A DNA stretch of 62,982 bases from Candidatus Sumerlaeota bacterium. Its GTDB lineage: Bacteria; Bacillota; SLNR01. This document shows, one piece after another, positions 27,553-37,293 of the stretch (position 1 is its first letter; every line of letters starts with the position of its first letter). Location of the stretch: the NCBI GenBank assembly GCA_007132905.1, contig SLNR01000033.1, forward strand, positions 1 to 62,982, written 5' to 3'. Below the pieces are notes generated by a model. It did not search any database. It saw nothing but the letters and a program-made list of their open reading frames with translations, and was not told the origin of the DNA. The translations under genes and the position numbers were made by a program.

Positions 27553-28896
27553 TTGAGTCAATCAAAAAGAGCTTTGATATTAAAGTCAGCTCAAGACCAT
27601 GGAGTGCTTGCTTTGACTTCTTACTGCAATGCAAACTGCCTATTCTGCAGTAATAAGCAAAATCCGCCAGGGATACAGACAGTTAGCATCTGTCCCCAAA
27701 AACTTGATGAGATTGATGAAACTCTAGAATACCTTGCTCCGCGAGGGAAAATTATCATTGGCGAATCTGCCACTCGCATTTGCGAAGGAGAGCCTTTTTC
27801 GCATCCTGAGATTATGGAAATACTCAAAAAAACAAGGATGCATTTTCCTGAAACACCGATCCAAGTGACAACTAATGGGTCTTTTTTGGATGTGAAAACA
27901 GTTAAAGCCTTAAAAGAGCTAGAGCCTCTGGAAGTTTATCTTTCCTTAAACAGCAGCAATGCAGAAAAAAGAAGGAATGTAATGGATGACGACCGAGCTG
28001 AAGTGGCGGTTCAATCTCCTTTTGTTTTGCAAAATTTTAAAGTGCCCTACCATGGAAGTTTAGTGGCTGTACCCGAGATTTGCGGTTTTGAAGATATCAA
28101 TCAGACAATCCGTTTGTTAGAAAAGTGCGGTGCTCAAACAGTCCGTATCTTTCTCCCGGGATATACCCGATGGAGCGGCAAATCAAAACCTGTCAACAAA
28201 GTTAACCATAGCGAACTTATAAGTTCTTTAAACTCGGCAAATCCGGCTTTTGAGATACCTGTTTCAGTGGAACCGCCTTATGTAAGTGATTTGCTTCCTG
28301 TAACGACGGGAGTAATTAAAGGATCTCCTGCTGATATAGCGGGCATGAAAAAAGGTGATCTTCTCCATAGGGTGTCGGGAGTAAAACCTTGGTCGCGAAG
28401 TGATGCTTTTTCATTATGTACTCAAAAAGAAGATCCCAAAGTGGAAATCGTTAGGGATAATGAAAAAAAGAGGCTCTTTTTGCAGAAGAAAAAACATCAA
28501 AATCCTGGGTTTGTTATGGATAATGACATTGAAAAAGAAAGGGTGCATAAGGCTGTAGAAAGAGCAAAATCCTGCAAGGCGAAAAAAGTACTTATCTTTA
28601 CCTCTACCTTGGCCAAAGCTTTTATCAAAAAAGCGGTGGAAGATATAGGTGGTAGTGATATTGAATTTGACTTAAAAGGAATAAAAAGCGAATATTGGGG
28701 AGGCAACATCGAGGCTGCAGGTTTACTGATGGTTTGCGATTTTGAGAAGGCCGCCGAGGAGTTTTTTCGCGGAGGGGGGCGGACTGAATTGGTTATGATC
28801 CCAGGCGAACCCTTCGATTATGCAGGATTTGATATGTTGGGACGAAACTATAAAGAGATTGAGGAAAAAATCCAGTCAAAAGTGGTGGTAGTCTAA
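27553..28896 (+). CDS. Radical SAM protein with internal PDZ-like and C-terminal DUF512 region
   Basis: CNANCLFC (CxxxCxxC), GEP, TTNG; GSPADIAGMKKGD (PDZ-like); YWGGNIEAAGLL..D (DUF512-like). Confidence 0.8.
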   Translation: MSQSKRALILKSAQDHGVLALTSYCNANCLFCSNKQNPPGIQTVSICPQKLDEIDETLEYLAPRGKIIIGESATRICEGEPFSHPEIMEILKKTRMHFPETPIQVTTNGSFLDVKTVKALKELEPLEVYLSLNSSNAEKRRNVMDDDRAEVAVQSPFVLQNFKVPYHGSLVAVPEICGFEDINQTIRLLEKCGAQTVRIFLPGYTRWSGKSKPVNKVNHSELISSLNSANPAFEIPVSVEPPYVSDLLPVTTGVIKGSPADIAGMKKGDLLHRVSGVKPWSRSDAFSLCTQKEDPKVEIVRDNEKKRLFLQKKKHQNPGFVMDNDIEKERVHKAVERAKSCKAKKVLIFTSTLAKAFIKKAVEDIGGSDIEFDLKGIKSEYWGGNIEAAGLLMVCDFEKAAEEFFRGGGRTELVMIPGEPFDYAGFDMLGRNYKEIEEKIQSKVVVV

Positions 28897-28924
28897 GAAA
28901 AAGTTAGGAAAGGAGAGGGATATT

Positions 28925-29773
28925 ATGTATGAGGTCCTGGACAAGATCGAACTGGCCGATAAAATGGTCGGTTTAGAAATTTCTGCTGAGATTGTGGCCG
29001 CAAAAGCCGAAGCCGGTCAATTTGTGATTATTAGGACAAATAAAGAAGGAGAAAGAATTCCTTTGACGATAGCCGATTTTGATCGGGAGGAAGGGAGCAT
29101 AAAAATAGTTTTCCAGGTAGTGGGCAAAACAACGGAAGAACTGGCAGACATGAACCCCGGAGATCATCTGGAAACATTTACCGGTCCTTTGGGCAAACCG
29201 ACAGAGGTGAAAAATTTCGGGACAGTTTTGATTGTAGGAGGAGGCGCCGGTATTGCTCCGACTTTTCCGGTGGCAAGGGCCATGAAGGAAGCGGGAAATG
29301 AAGTTATTAGCATCATTGGGGCTAGAACCGAAGATCTATTATTTTATGAAAAAGAAATTGGGTCGGTTAGCAATCAATTATACATAGCTACGGATGATGG
29401 AAGCAAAGGGAAAAAAGGCAGAGTGACCGATGTTCTAACAGATCTAATAGAAGAAAAGAAAACCATTCACCGGGTTTTCGCGGTTGGCCCGGTTCCGATG
29501 ATGCGAGCAGTTGTAGATATTACGAAAAAGGCTGGAATTTTGACTATTGTGAGTCTAAACCCCATTATGGTAGATGGAACAGGAATGTGCGGTGCCTGCC
29601 GGGTGACAGTAGGAGATGAAACCAAATTTGCTTGTGTGGATGGCCCGGACTTTAAAGGTCATGAAGTAGATTTCGATGAATTAACAGCTAGGCAAAATAT
29701 GTACAAGAAGATGGAATCTAGATCGCTTGAAGCATATAATAAGAAACACAGAGGTGACTGCCAATGCCGGTAA
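28925..29773 (+). CDS. nfnA: Electron-bifurcating transhydrogenase small subunit NfnA
   Basis: GQFVI, ERIPLTIAD, GPLG, VGGGAGIAP, SLNPIMVDGTGMCGACRV, FACVDGP. Confidence 0.9.
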   Translation: MYEVLDKIELADKMVGLEISAEIVAAKAEAGQFVIIRTNKEGERIPLTIADFDREEGSIKIVFQVVGKTTEELADMNPGDHLETFTGPLGKPTEVKNFGTVLIVGGGAGIAPTFPVARAMKEAGNEVISIIGARTEDLLFYEKEIGSVSNQLYIATDDGSKGKKGRVTDVLTDLIEEKKTIHRVFAVGPVPMMRAVVDITKKAGILTIVSLNPIMVDGTGMCGACRVTVGDETKFACVDGPDFKGHEVDFDELTARQNMYKKMESRSLEAYNKKHRGDCQCR

Positions 29774-31164
29774 AGAAAAGGACACCGATGTCTGAGAGAG
29801 ATCCCAAGAGCAGAAAAGAAAGTTTTTCTGAAGTTGGCTTAGGCTATACAAAAGAAGAAGCTCAAAAAGAAGCGGCTCGTTGTCTGCAGTGCAAAAATCC
29901 CACCTGTGTGGATGGCTGTCCCGTGGCAGTAGATATTCCCAATTTCATTTATTCGATCAAAGAAGGTGACTTCCAAGAGGCCATCAAGCACATAAAAAAG
30001 ACCAACAATCTGCCGGCGGTCTGCGGTCGTGTTTGCCCTCAGGAGAACCAGTGTGAGAAGGAATGTGTGCTGGCAAAAACCGGCGAACCCATTGCCATTG
30101 GGCGCTTAGAGAGGTTTGCCGCACAGCAAGAAATACAAAAGGACACAGATACAAAAAAGAGAAAGCTGCAAGGTCCGAAAGTTGCTGTGATCGGATCCGG
30201 CCCTGCCGGTTTGACTGCTGCGGGGGATCTTGCTAAATACGGGTATCGGGTTACTATCTTTGAAGCGCTCCACGAACCGGGTGGGGTGTTAAGCTATGGA
30301 ATCCCTGAATTTCGCCTGCCAAAAGACATTGTAAAGCAGGAGGTTGATTACATTTGCTCGCTGGGAGTGGAACTGGTAACAGACATGGTGATAGGAAAAT
30401 CTCTTACCATTGAAGATCTGTTCGAGCAAGGTTTTGAAGCGTTGTTTATTGGTACCGGAGCGGGACTGCCGAATTTTCTTGGCATACCGGGAGAGAACTT
30501 AAACGGGGTCTATTCTGCGAATGAATTTTTAACAAGGGTGAATTTGATGAAAGGGTACGAGTTTCCGGCTTCAGATACACCCGTTCTTTTGGGTTCCCAA
30601 GTGGCCGTAGTTGGCGGTGGGAATGTAGCAATGGATTCTGCGCGCTGTGCCCTGCGTATGGGGGCTGAGTCGGTGAACATTGTCTATCGTCGTTCAGAAG
30701 AAGAACTCCCTGCTAGGAGGGAAGAAGTGGAGCATGCAAAAGAAGAAGGGATTGATTTTCTTTTTCTAACGAATCCTGTATCTCTGCATGGCGATGATGA
30801 CAATTGGATCGAGACGATGCGCTGTATTAAGATGGAATTGGGAGAACCGGATGACTCAGGCCGCAGGCGTCCTATTCCCATCCCGGATTCTGAGTTTAAT
30901 ATAAGTGTTGATTTAGCTGTCATAGCGATCGGGCAGAGTCCCAATCCTTTGATTTTTGAATACACGCCGGGCCTTAAAAAAACGAAAAGAGGCGGGCTAG
31001 CCGCTGATGAAAAGGGAAAGACATCACTGCCCTATGTCTATGCCGGTGGTGATATTGTTACAGGAGCCGCTACTGTGATTTTAGCAATGGGTGCCGGGAA
31101 AGAAGCAGCTAAAGCGATTCATCATATGTTTCAGGAGAAAAAGAGCAATGACAAGGGGGAGTAA
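29764..31164 (+). CDS. nfnB: Electron-bifurcating transhydrogenase large subunit NfnB (GltD-like)
   Basis: RCLQCKNPTC..GCPV, CGRVCPQENQCE, GSGPAG, YGIPEFRLPK, GGGNVAMD, YRR; overlaps nfnA. Confidence 0.9.
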   Translation: MPVKKRTPMSERDPKSRKESFSEVGLGYTKEEAQKEAARCLQCKNPTCVDGCPVAVDIPNFIYSIKEGDFQEAIKHIKKTNNLPAVCGRVCPQENQCEKECVLAKTGEPIAIGRLERFAAQQEIQKDTDTKKRKLQGPKVAVIGSGPAGLTAAGDLAKYGYRVTIFEALHEPGGVLSYGIPEFRLPKDIVKQEVDYICSLGVELVTDMVIGKSLTIEDLFEQGFEALFIGTGAGLPNFLGIPGENLNGVYSANEFLTRVNLMKGYEFPASDTPVLLGSQVAVVGGGNVAMDSARCALRMGAESVNIVYRRSEEELPARREEVEHAKEEGIDFLFLTNPVSLHGDDDNWIETMRCIKMELGEPDDSGRRRPIPIPDSEFNISVDLAVIAIGQSPNPLIFEYTPGLKKTKRGGLAADEKGKTSLPYVYAGGDIVTGAATVILAMGAGKEAAKAIHHMFQEKKSNDKGE

Positions 31165-31166
31165 GG

Positions 31167-32129
31167 ATGCCGCTGTGCAAAAATGATGGCTTGGAAATGT
31201 ACAAAAGAATGCTCCGCATAAGGCTTTTTGAAGAAAAAGCTGTACAGCTATTTCAGGAAGGAAGCATGCCCGGACGTGTTTTCCCGTGCACGGGTGAAGA
31301 AGCTGTTTCAGCAGGTGTAAGCATGCATCTCGATGATCATGATTATATTACCAGTACCCATCGGCCCAATGGGCATCTAATTGCAAAAGGGATATCATTG
31401 AAAGAAATGATGGCGGAGCTTTTTGGAAAGAATGAAGGAAGCTGTGCAGGCAAAGGAGGCCCAATGCATATTGCCGATATTGAAAAAGGCATCCTTGGTG
31501 CCAATGGCATTGTTGGTGGGGGATTTCCTATTGCGGTCGGGGCAGCTTTTGCCCATCACTATAAAAAGCAAAGGGGAGTTGCCGTTTGTTATTTCGGTGA
31601 TGGCGCAACCAATCAAGGGACCTTCCATGAAGCGTTAAATCTTGCGTCCATATGGTCGCTCCCGGTCATTTTTGTCTGCGAAAATAACAGTTACGGCATG
31701 TCTATGAAGCAAGAAGACCACCAGAGAATTGCAGACATTGTCGAGAGAGCTCCTGCCTATCGCATTCCCGCAGAGATTGTTGACGGCAATGATGCGGCAG
31801 CTGTTTTTGAGCAGGCAGGCAAAGCAGTCAAAAAAGCACGTGAAGGAGAAGGTCCTTGTTTTTTAGAGTGCAAAACTTATCGAAAAACAGGACATTCAGC
31901 TGAGGATCAGCAGGCCTACCGTCCTGAAAACGAACTGTCCCAATGGCAGAGCAAAGATCCGATTCAGCGCTTATCACGATTACTGCAGGAAGAAGAAGAG
32001 GTTCAATCAAATGAGTTGTTGATGGTGGAGCAGGAAATAAAAAGAGAGATAGAGGAAGCAGTTGAATTTGCTTATGAAAGTGCTTCTCCTCAGCCTGGCG
32101 ATGCTTTGCTCCATGCGTTTTGCAGATAG
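31167..32129 (+). CDS. TPP-dependent dehydrogenase E1 alpha subunit (AcoA/PdhA-like, divergent)
   Basis: STHR, GANGIVG, FGDGATNQGTFHEALN...ENN, TYR..GHS. Confidence 0.9.
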   Translation: MPLCKNDGLEMYKRMLRIRLFEEKAVQLFQEGSMPGRVFPCTGEEAVSAGVSMHLDDHDYITSTHRPNGHLIAKGISLKEMMAELFGKNEGSCAGKGGPMHIADIEKGILGANGIVGGGFPIAVGAAFAHHYKKQRGVAVCYFGDGATNQGTFHEALNLASIWSLPVIFVCENNSYGMSMKQEDHQRIADIVERAPAYRIPAEIVDGNDAAAVFEQAGKAVKKAREGEGPCFLECKTYRKTGHSAEDQQAYRPENELSQWQSKDPIQRLSRLLQEEEEVQSNELLMVEQEIKREIEEAVEFAYESASPQPGDALLHAFCR

Positions 32130-32150
32130 AGGGATAAAGGAGGCGAAAAA

Positions 32151-33119
32151 ATGGGCAGTAAAACATTTGCGGAAGCTTTAAATGACGGGCTTCGCGAAGA
32201 GATGCAAAAACATGAAGAAGTTTTTGTGGCCGGAGAAGAAGTGGGCCTATCTGGTGGTATCTATGGAGTGACCAAGGGTCTGCAGGAAGAATTCGGAGTG
32301 GGCAGAGTCAAAGATATGCCCATATCAGAATCGGCTATTGTCGGGCTGGCAGTGGGGGCAGCAGCTGCAGGGCTACGACCCGTAATCGAAATCATGTACC
32401 AGGATTTCATGGCAGTTTGTATGGACCAGATTGTTAATCAAGCGGCAAAAATGACATACATGTCCGGAGGAAAGATATGTCTTCCCCTGGTTATCCGTAC
32501 TCAATGCGGAATTGGAAAGCATCAAGCAGCTCAACATTCTCAAAGCCTGGAAGCTTGGTTTGCGCACATACCTGGGTTAAAAGTAGTTATGCCTTCAAAT
32601 CCCAGCGATGCAAAGAATCTTTTGAGAGCAGCCATTCATGATAATAATCCGGTGATCTTTATTGAACATAAAATGCTCTACCCGCAAAAAGGCTTAGTCA
32701 CAGAAGAGACCGTCGAAATTGGCAAAGCGGCCGTCGTCAAAGAAGGTAGCGATGTTACTATTGTAAGTTATTCATGGATGATAGAAAAAGCAATGAAAGC
32801 TGCAGAAAAGCTAGAAGAAAAAAATATCCAGTGCGAAATTATCGATCTAAGGACAATCAAGCCTTATGATGAAGAGGCTGTATTGTCTTCTGTGGAGAAA
32901 ACGGGCCGACTTTTGATTGTTCATGAAGCGGTGAAAACAGGGGGTTTTGGGTCAAATGTTGCGGCCGATGTGGCAGAGAAGGCTTTTTATTCATTAAGGA
33001 AGCCCATAAGGAGAATCACAGCTTTGGATACTCCTGTACCTTTTAGTCCGGTGATGGAGGAATTTTACACTCCAAATGTCGAAAGTATCATTAGCGTTGT
33101 TAAGGAATTGACAGTTTAA
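32151..33119 (+). CDS. TPP-dependent dehydrogenase E1 beta subunit
   Basis: PISESAIVG, LRPVIEI, DQIVNQAAK, AQHSQSLE, FIEHK, DLRT..P. Confidence 0.9.
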   Translation: MGSKTFAEALNDGLREEMQKHEEVFVAGEEVGLSGGIYGVTKGLQEEFGVGRVKDMPISESAIVGLAVGAAAAGLRPVIEIMYQDFMAVCMDQIVNQAAKMTYMSGGKICLPLVIRTQCGIGKHQAAQHSQSLEAWFAHIPGLKVVMPSNPSDAKNLLRAAIHDNNPVIFIEHKMLYPQKGLVTEETVEIGKAAVVKEGSDVTIVSYSWMIEKAMKAAEKLEEKNIQCEIIDLRTIKPYDEEAVLSSVEKTGRLLIVHEAVKTGGFGSNVAADVAEKAFYSLRKPIRRITALDTPVPFSPVMEEFYTPNVESIISVVKELTV

Positions 33120-33133
33120 GGGGGGGGTTTCCA

Positions 33134-33904
33134 TTGAAGAATCGGTTGAGAGAAATGATGGAGAAGGGCAGTTGTGTTTTCGGCACATTTTTGGGGACAC
33201 CAGATCCGTCTGTTGCGGAACTTTTGGGGCATGCAGGATTTGACTATTTGATACTTGATATGGAACATGGACCCTTGGATACTGTGACCGCAGAAAATCT
33301 GATGAGAGCAGCAGACGCATCGGATACAGTGCCTGTGGTCAGAGTAACACAGAACAATCCTTCTCTTATTCTTCGTGCTCTTGACAGCGGAGCATTGGGA
33401 GTGGTGGTTCCTCAGGTAAATAATTATGAAAGTGCAGTAAACGTCGGGGAAGCTTCGAAGTATGGTCCTGATGGTTTCAGAGGTATGGCTTTAGGGACAA
33501 GGGCAACAAAATATGGCATCATGGGAAAAGATGAATACCTTGCATTTGCCAAAGAGGAACCCCTTGTTATCGTTCAATGCGAGACACAAGAAAGTGTCGA
33601 CAATCTAGAAGAAATCGTGACCGCTCCCTTTATTGACATGATTTTCATCGGACCCACGGATCTTTCCCAGTCAATGGGATACCCGGCGGATATTGATCAT
33701 CCAAAGGTACAAAAGACCATTCATGAGATCGTGCAAATCACTAAAGAAGCAGGCCTTTATGTAGGAATATTTGTTAGGACTATCGAAGAGGCAAAGCACT
33801 GGGCTGATAAAGGCGTTCAGTTTATTGCCTTAGGCGGTGACAAAGGATTTTTATTCCGCGCCTGCAAGGAGGCAGTAACGGAATTAGCAAAGATTAATCA
33901 ATAG
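33134..33904 (+). CDS. HpcH/HpaI-family class II pyruvate aldolase
   Basis: GFDYLILDMEH, VRV, LDSGA.G..VP, G.RG, VQCET, FIGPTDLS. Confidence 0.88.
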   Translation: MKNRLREMMEKGSCVFGTFLGTPDPSVAELLGHAGFDYLILDMEHGPLDTVTAENLMRAADASDTVPVVRVTQNNPSLILRALDSGALGVVVPQVNNYESAVNVGEASKYGPDGFRGMALGTRATKYGIMGKDEYLAFAKEEPLVIVQCETQESVDNLEEIVTAPFIDMIFIGPTDLSQSMGYPADIDHPKVQKTIHEIVQITKEAGLYVGIFVRTIEEAKHWADKGVQFIALGGDKGFLFRACKEAVTELAKINQ

Positions 33905-33923
33905 ACTGTTTTACATTCGAATA

Positions 33924-33963
33924 CCTCGAAAACCCCGGTCTATAGATCGGGGTTTTTTCGAGG
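33924..33963 (+). terminator. Intrinsic terminator
   Basis: CCTCGAAAACCCCGGTC-tata-GATCGGGGTTTTTTCGAGG. Confidence 0.85.
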
Positions 33964-34076
33964 GCAATCAACGATTGAATGAGATTTTAGGAAAGTCTTT
34001 TGTATAGATTGAATACACAGGTGAATTTATGGTATTCTAAGATTAGTAATATGTCGATGATGTAGGGGGGGGGAAC

Positions 34077-35105
34077 ATGAAAAAAATCGGAATCCCCAGG
34101 ACCTTGGCGTACTTCTCTTATTTTCCGGTTTGGGAAGCTTTTTTCAAAGAGATAGGAGTTCAGGTAGTTGTTTCGGATTCAACGAACAAAGAAATTGTCA
34201 ATGAAGGCATCAAGCAGACCGTAACCGATGCTTGTATTCCAATTAAAATTTTTCATGGTCATGTAATGAATCTTAAAGGCCGTGTAGATTATCTATTCAT
34301 TCCTCGTATGGTTAGTTTGAATAATGCAACTACGTACTGCCCAAAATTTCTTGGACTCCCCGAGATGGTGAAAAGTTCTATTGATGGACTTCCTCCAATC
34401 ATCGATACGCGTGTCGATCTGAAAAAGGGAAGATACGAATTGTGGAAGATTAGCTATCGGGTCGGGCGCCTATTTACTCGCAACGGATGGCAAATTTTGA
34501 AAGCTTACCGAAAAGCGACTAAGGCTTTTCATCGGTTTAGGCGTTTGATTGAAGCTGGCACTTTTCCTGAAGAAGCAATCAAAATTGTCAGTGAGAAAAA
34601 AGGATTCCCGCTGATTCACGAAAAACAAGAAAAAAGCGGCATGAGAATTGCCTTGCTAGGATATCCTTACGAAATATATGATGGCTTTTTGAATCTTAAT
34701 TTAATTGAGAAGCTTCAAAACATGGGTGTATCCATTGTAACGGCTGACATGATTCCAGACCAAGTGCTCGGAAGACAATCGAGAAAAATCCCTAAAGAAA
34801 TGTTTTGGACTTTTAGCGATCAAGCGTTAAAAGCCGCTTTATATTTCATCGAACAGGGTAGTGTGGATGGGTTGATTCATGTAACAGCCTTTGGCTGCGG
34901 ACCTGATTCCATGGTTGACCGATATATCGAACTTGAGATTAAAAAGAAAAAAGAGATTCCCTATATGTCGATTATGATCGACGAGCACTCAGCTGAAGCG
35001 GGCATGATTACTCGGATTGAAGCCTTTGTGGATATGATAAAGAGAAGGAGGGAAGGCAATGAAGATAGCATACCCTTATCTAGGGCCGACTCCACTTCCG
35101 TTTAA
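34077..35105 (+). CDS. DUF2229 / acyl-CoA dehydratase activase-related protein (PlsA C-terminal-like)
   Basis: IGIPR.L, C.P.K..HGH, YCPK, GYPY..YD..LN, FGCGPD, DEH...AG..TR.EAF. Confidence 0.82.
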   Translation: MKKIGIPRTLAYFSYFPVWEAFFKEIGVQVVVSDSTNKEIVNEGIKQTVTDACIPIKIFHGHVMNLKGRVDYLFIPRMVSLNNATTYCPKFLGLPEMVKSSIDGLPPIIDTRVDLKKGRYELWKISYRVGRLFTRNGWQILKAYRKATKAFHRFRRLIEAGTFPEEAIKIVSEKKGFPLIHEKQEKSGMRIALLGYPYEIYDGFLNLNLIEKLQNMGVSIVTADMIPDQVLGRQSRKIPKEMFWTFSDQALKAALYFIEQGSVDGLIHVTAFGCGPDSMVDRYIELEIKKKKEIPYMSIMIDEHSAEAGMITRIEAFVDMIKRRREGNEDSIPLSRADSTSV

Positions 35106-36156
35106 AAGTATGCTCGAGACCTTTGGAAATGAAGTAGTTGTTCCACCTAGACCTAGTAAACGGACTTTGGATATTGGAGTGAAGCATGCACCAGAGTTTG
35201 CTTGTCTTCCCTTTAAAATTGTTTTGGGTACTTTTATTGAATGTTTAGAAATGGGTGCTGATACACTTATCACTTCCGGAGGAGTTGGGCCCTGCCGGGC
35301 TGGGCAGTATGCTCCACTGCAAGAAAAAATCCTGAAAGATATAGGTTATGATTTTGATATGCTGATATTTGAACCACCAAGCAAGGATTTAAAAGGGATC
35401 ATCAAGAACGTCAGATATTTGAGTAAAGGAACACCCGGGTTGGTTATTTTTCGTCAGATTCAGTTGCTTTGGCAGAAAATAAAGCTTTTGGATGACCTTG
35501 AAAGAAAATCACACCAGATTAGAGCAAGAGAAGTAGAAAAGGGGAAGACATCGGATGTCTACAAGGACCAAATTAACAAGGTCTTTGAAGCAAATTCCGT
35601 CAGAGAAGTGAATTTGTTAAAAAAAGAAACAATGGAAGAGATGGACTCGATTCCCTTAGATCTAGACAGAACAGTAGTGAAGGTCGGAATTGTCGGCGAA
35701 ATTTATGTTGTTTTAGAACCGGCTTCAAATTTAGAAATCGAAGAAAGCCTCGGTGAGATGGGAGCGGTAATTGACCGCTCTATGTTCATAACCGGATGGA
35801 CAAAATCGAATGCCATCCTTGATGCTGTTCATATGGCAGGAGAAGCCGATATTAAAAAGGCGGCCGAACCATATTTGCCCGAGATGATAGGGGGGCATGG
35901 GCAGGACTCGGTCGGTCACACCATTCTTTATGCGGAACAGGATTTTGACGGGGTCATTCAGCTAGCTCCATTTACTTGTATTCCTGAGATTGTGGCAAAA
36001 AGTATTCTTACCAAAATAAGTGCGGAATATGATATCCCTGTTCTCACCTTCTTTTTGGACGAGCAAACAGGAAAAGCAGGTATGCAGACCAGGCTAGAAG
36101 CATTTGTCGATTTACTAATCCGTAAAAGGGAAAAAAAGGAGGCAGCCGCTGGATGA
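35059..36156 (+). CDS. 2-hydroxyacyl-CoA dehydratase-like subunit (PlsR-like)
   Basis: ACLPFK, GPCRAGQY, VGIVGEIY, PFTCIPE, DEQTGKAG..TRLEAF. Confidence 0.8.
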   Translation: MKIAYPYLGPTPLPFKSMLETFGNEVVVPPRPSKRTLDIGVKHAPEFACLPFKIVLGTFIECLEMGADTLITSGGVGPCRAGQYAPLQEKILKDIGYDFDMLIFEPPSKDLKGIIKNVRYLSKGTPGLVIFRQIQLLWQKIKLLDDLERKSHQIRAREVEKGKTSDVYKDQINKVFEANSVREVNLLKKETMEEMDSIPLDLDRTVVKVGIVGEIYVVLEPASNLEIEESLGEMGAVIDRSMFITGWTKSNAILDAVHMAGEADIKKAAEPYLPEMIGGHGQDSVGHTILYAEQDFDGVIQLAPFTCIPEIVAKSILTKISAEYDIPVLTFFLDEQTGKAGMQTRLEAFVDLLIRKREKKEAAAG

Positions 36157-37106
36157 ACAGTTTCCTCGGCGTTGATGTTGGTTCGGTTAGTACAAATTTT
36201 GCTGTGATTGATGAAAATGGAAAGATATTAGAGAACACTTATATGAGAACAAGGGGGCAGCCCATCAAAGTTGTTCAAGAAGGAATCAAAGAGCTAGGTG
36301 AAAAATTGGATCCTGCCATTACCATCAGCGGAGTTGGCGCAACGGGAAGTGCTAGGTATCTTTCCGCTGCTGTTGTGGGCGCCGACTGCGTAAAAAACGA
36401 AATCACCGCACACGCAGTTGCAGCACTGCACGTGGTTCCAGATGTACATACCGTTTTAGAGATTGGCGGACAAGATTCCAAAATTATTGTGCTGCAAAAC
36501 GGAATTGTATCTGATTTTGCCATGAATACTGTTTGTGCCGCGGGAACGGGTTCATTTTTGGATCACCAATCAGAACGGCTGGGCATACCTATTGAAGAAT
36601 TTGGTGAAATTGCCTTAAAATCAGAAAACCCTGTCCGCATTGCCGGAAGGTGCTCGGTGTTTGCAGAATCCGATATGATTCATAAGCAGCAGTTAGGCTA
36701 TAAGATCGAAGATATTCTCAGAGGGTTATGTGATGCGTTGGTTCGAAACTACCTGAACAATGTTGCGAAAGGAAAGGCTATTGCGAGCCCGGTTGTTTTT
36801 CAAGGCGGCGTGGCTGCGAATCGAGGTATCCGAGAGGCTTTTCGGGACGAATTGGAATTAGACGTGGTAGTTCCGGAATATTATTCGGTGATGGGGGCTA
36901 TCGGAGCAGCTTTGTTAGCAAAAGAAGAAGTTGCCAAGACCGGTGACACGAATTTTAGGGGCTTTGATTTAGTGGGAATTGATTACCAGGCAAGTAGTTT
37001 TGAATGCAAACGCTGCCCGAATCATTGCGAAGTAGTGGAGATCCATATGGAAGGGGAGGTCATTGGCAGATGGGGGGCGCGATGTTCTCGTTGGGATGTA
37101 GTTTAG
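36153..37106 (+). CDS. ASKHA-type [4Fe-4S] activase (HgdC/BcrAD-BadFG) with C-terminal Cys motif
   Basis: GVDVGSVST, NEITAH, EIGGQDSK, MNTVCAAGTGSF, RCSVFAESD, QGGVA.N; CKRCPNHC...GARC. Confidence 0.88.
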   Translation: MNSFLGVDVGSVSTNFAVIDENGKILENTYMRTRGQPIKVVQEGIKELGEKLDPAITISGVGATGSARYLSAAVVGADCVKNEITAHAVAALHVVPDVHTVLEIGGQDSKIIVLQNGIVSDFAMNTVCAAGTGSFLDHQSERLGIPIEEFGEIALKSENPVRIAGRCSVFAESDMIHKQQLGYKIEDILRGLCDALVRNYLNNVAKGKAIASPVVFQGGVAANRGIREAFRDELELDVVVPEYYSVMGAIGAALLAKEEVAKTGDTNFRGFDLVGIDYQASSFECKRCPNHCEVVEIHMEGEVIGRWGARCSRWDVV

Positions 37107-37266
37107 AGAAGCTTTACTTTTGTTTTGGCGATAATCTTAATCGGCAAAACAAGATTTTGTTTGGTGGAGTTCAATACAGTCGCAATGGGACTTAAGTTTA
37201 GGTCATAGATCGTCGGCCAAAAAGGTATAAAGTGAATTGTCTTAATATTAGTATTTTTATCTCCAA

Positions 37267-37293
37267 GCAGGATATCTTTTGTAAACATAGAAG
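37267..37293 (+). promoter_or_regulatory. Possible SigH promoter of the vor operon
   Basis: GCAGGA-N17-GAAG (consensus AGGA-N17-GAAT, one mismatch). Confidence 0.35.

Noticed and set aside
29764-31164. Glutamate synthase small subunit as the call
   Set aside because: No gltB; overlap with an NfnA-type gene identifies it as NfnB
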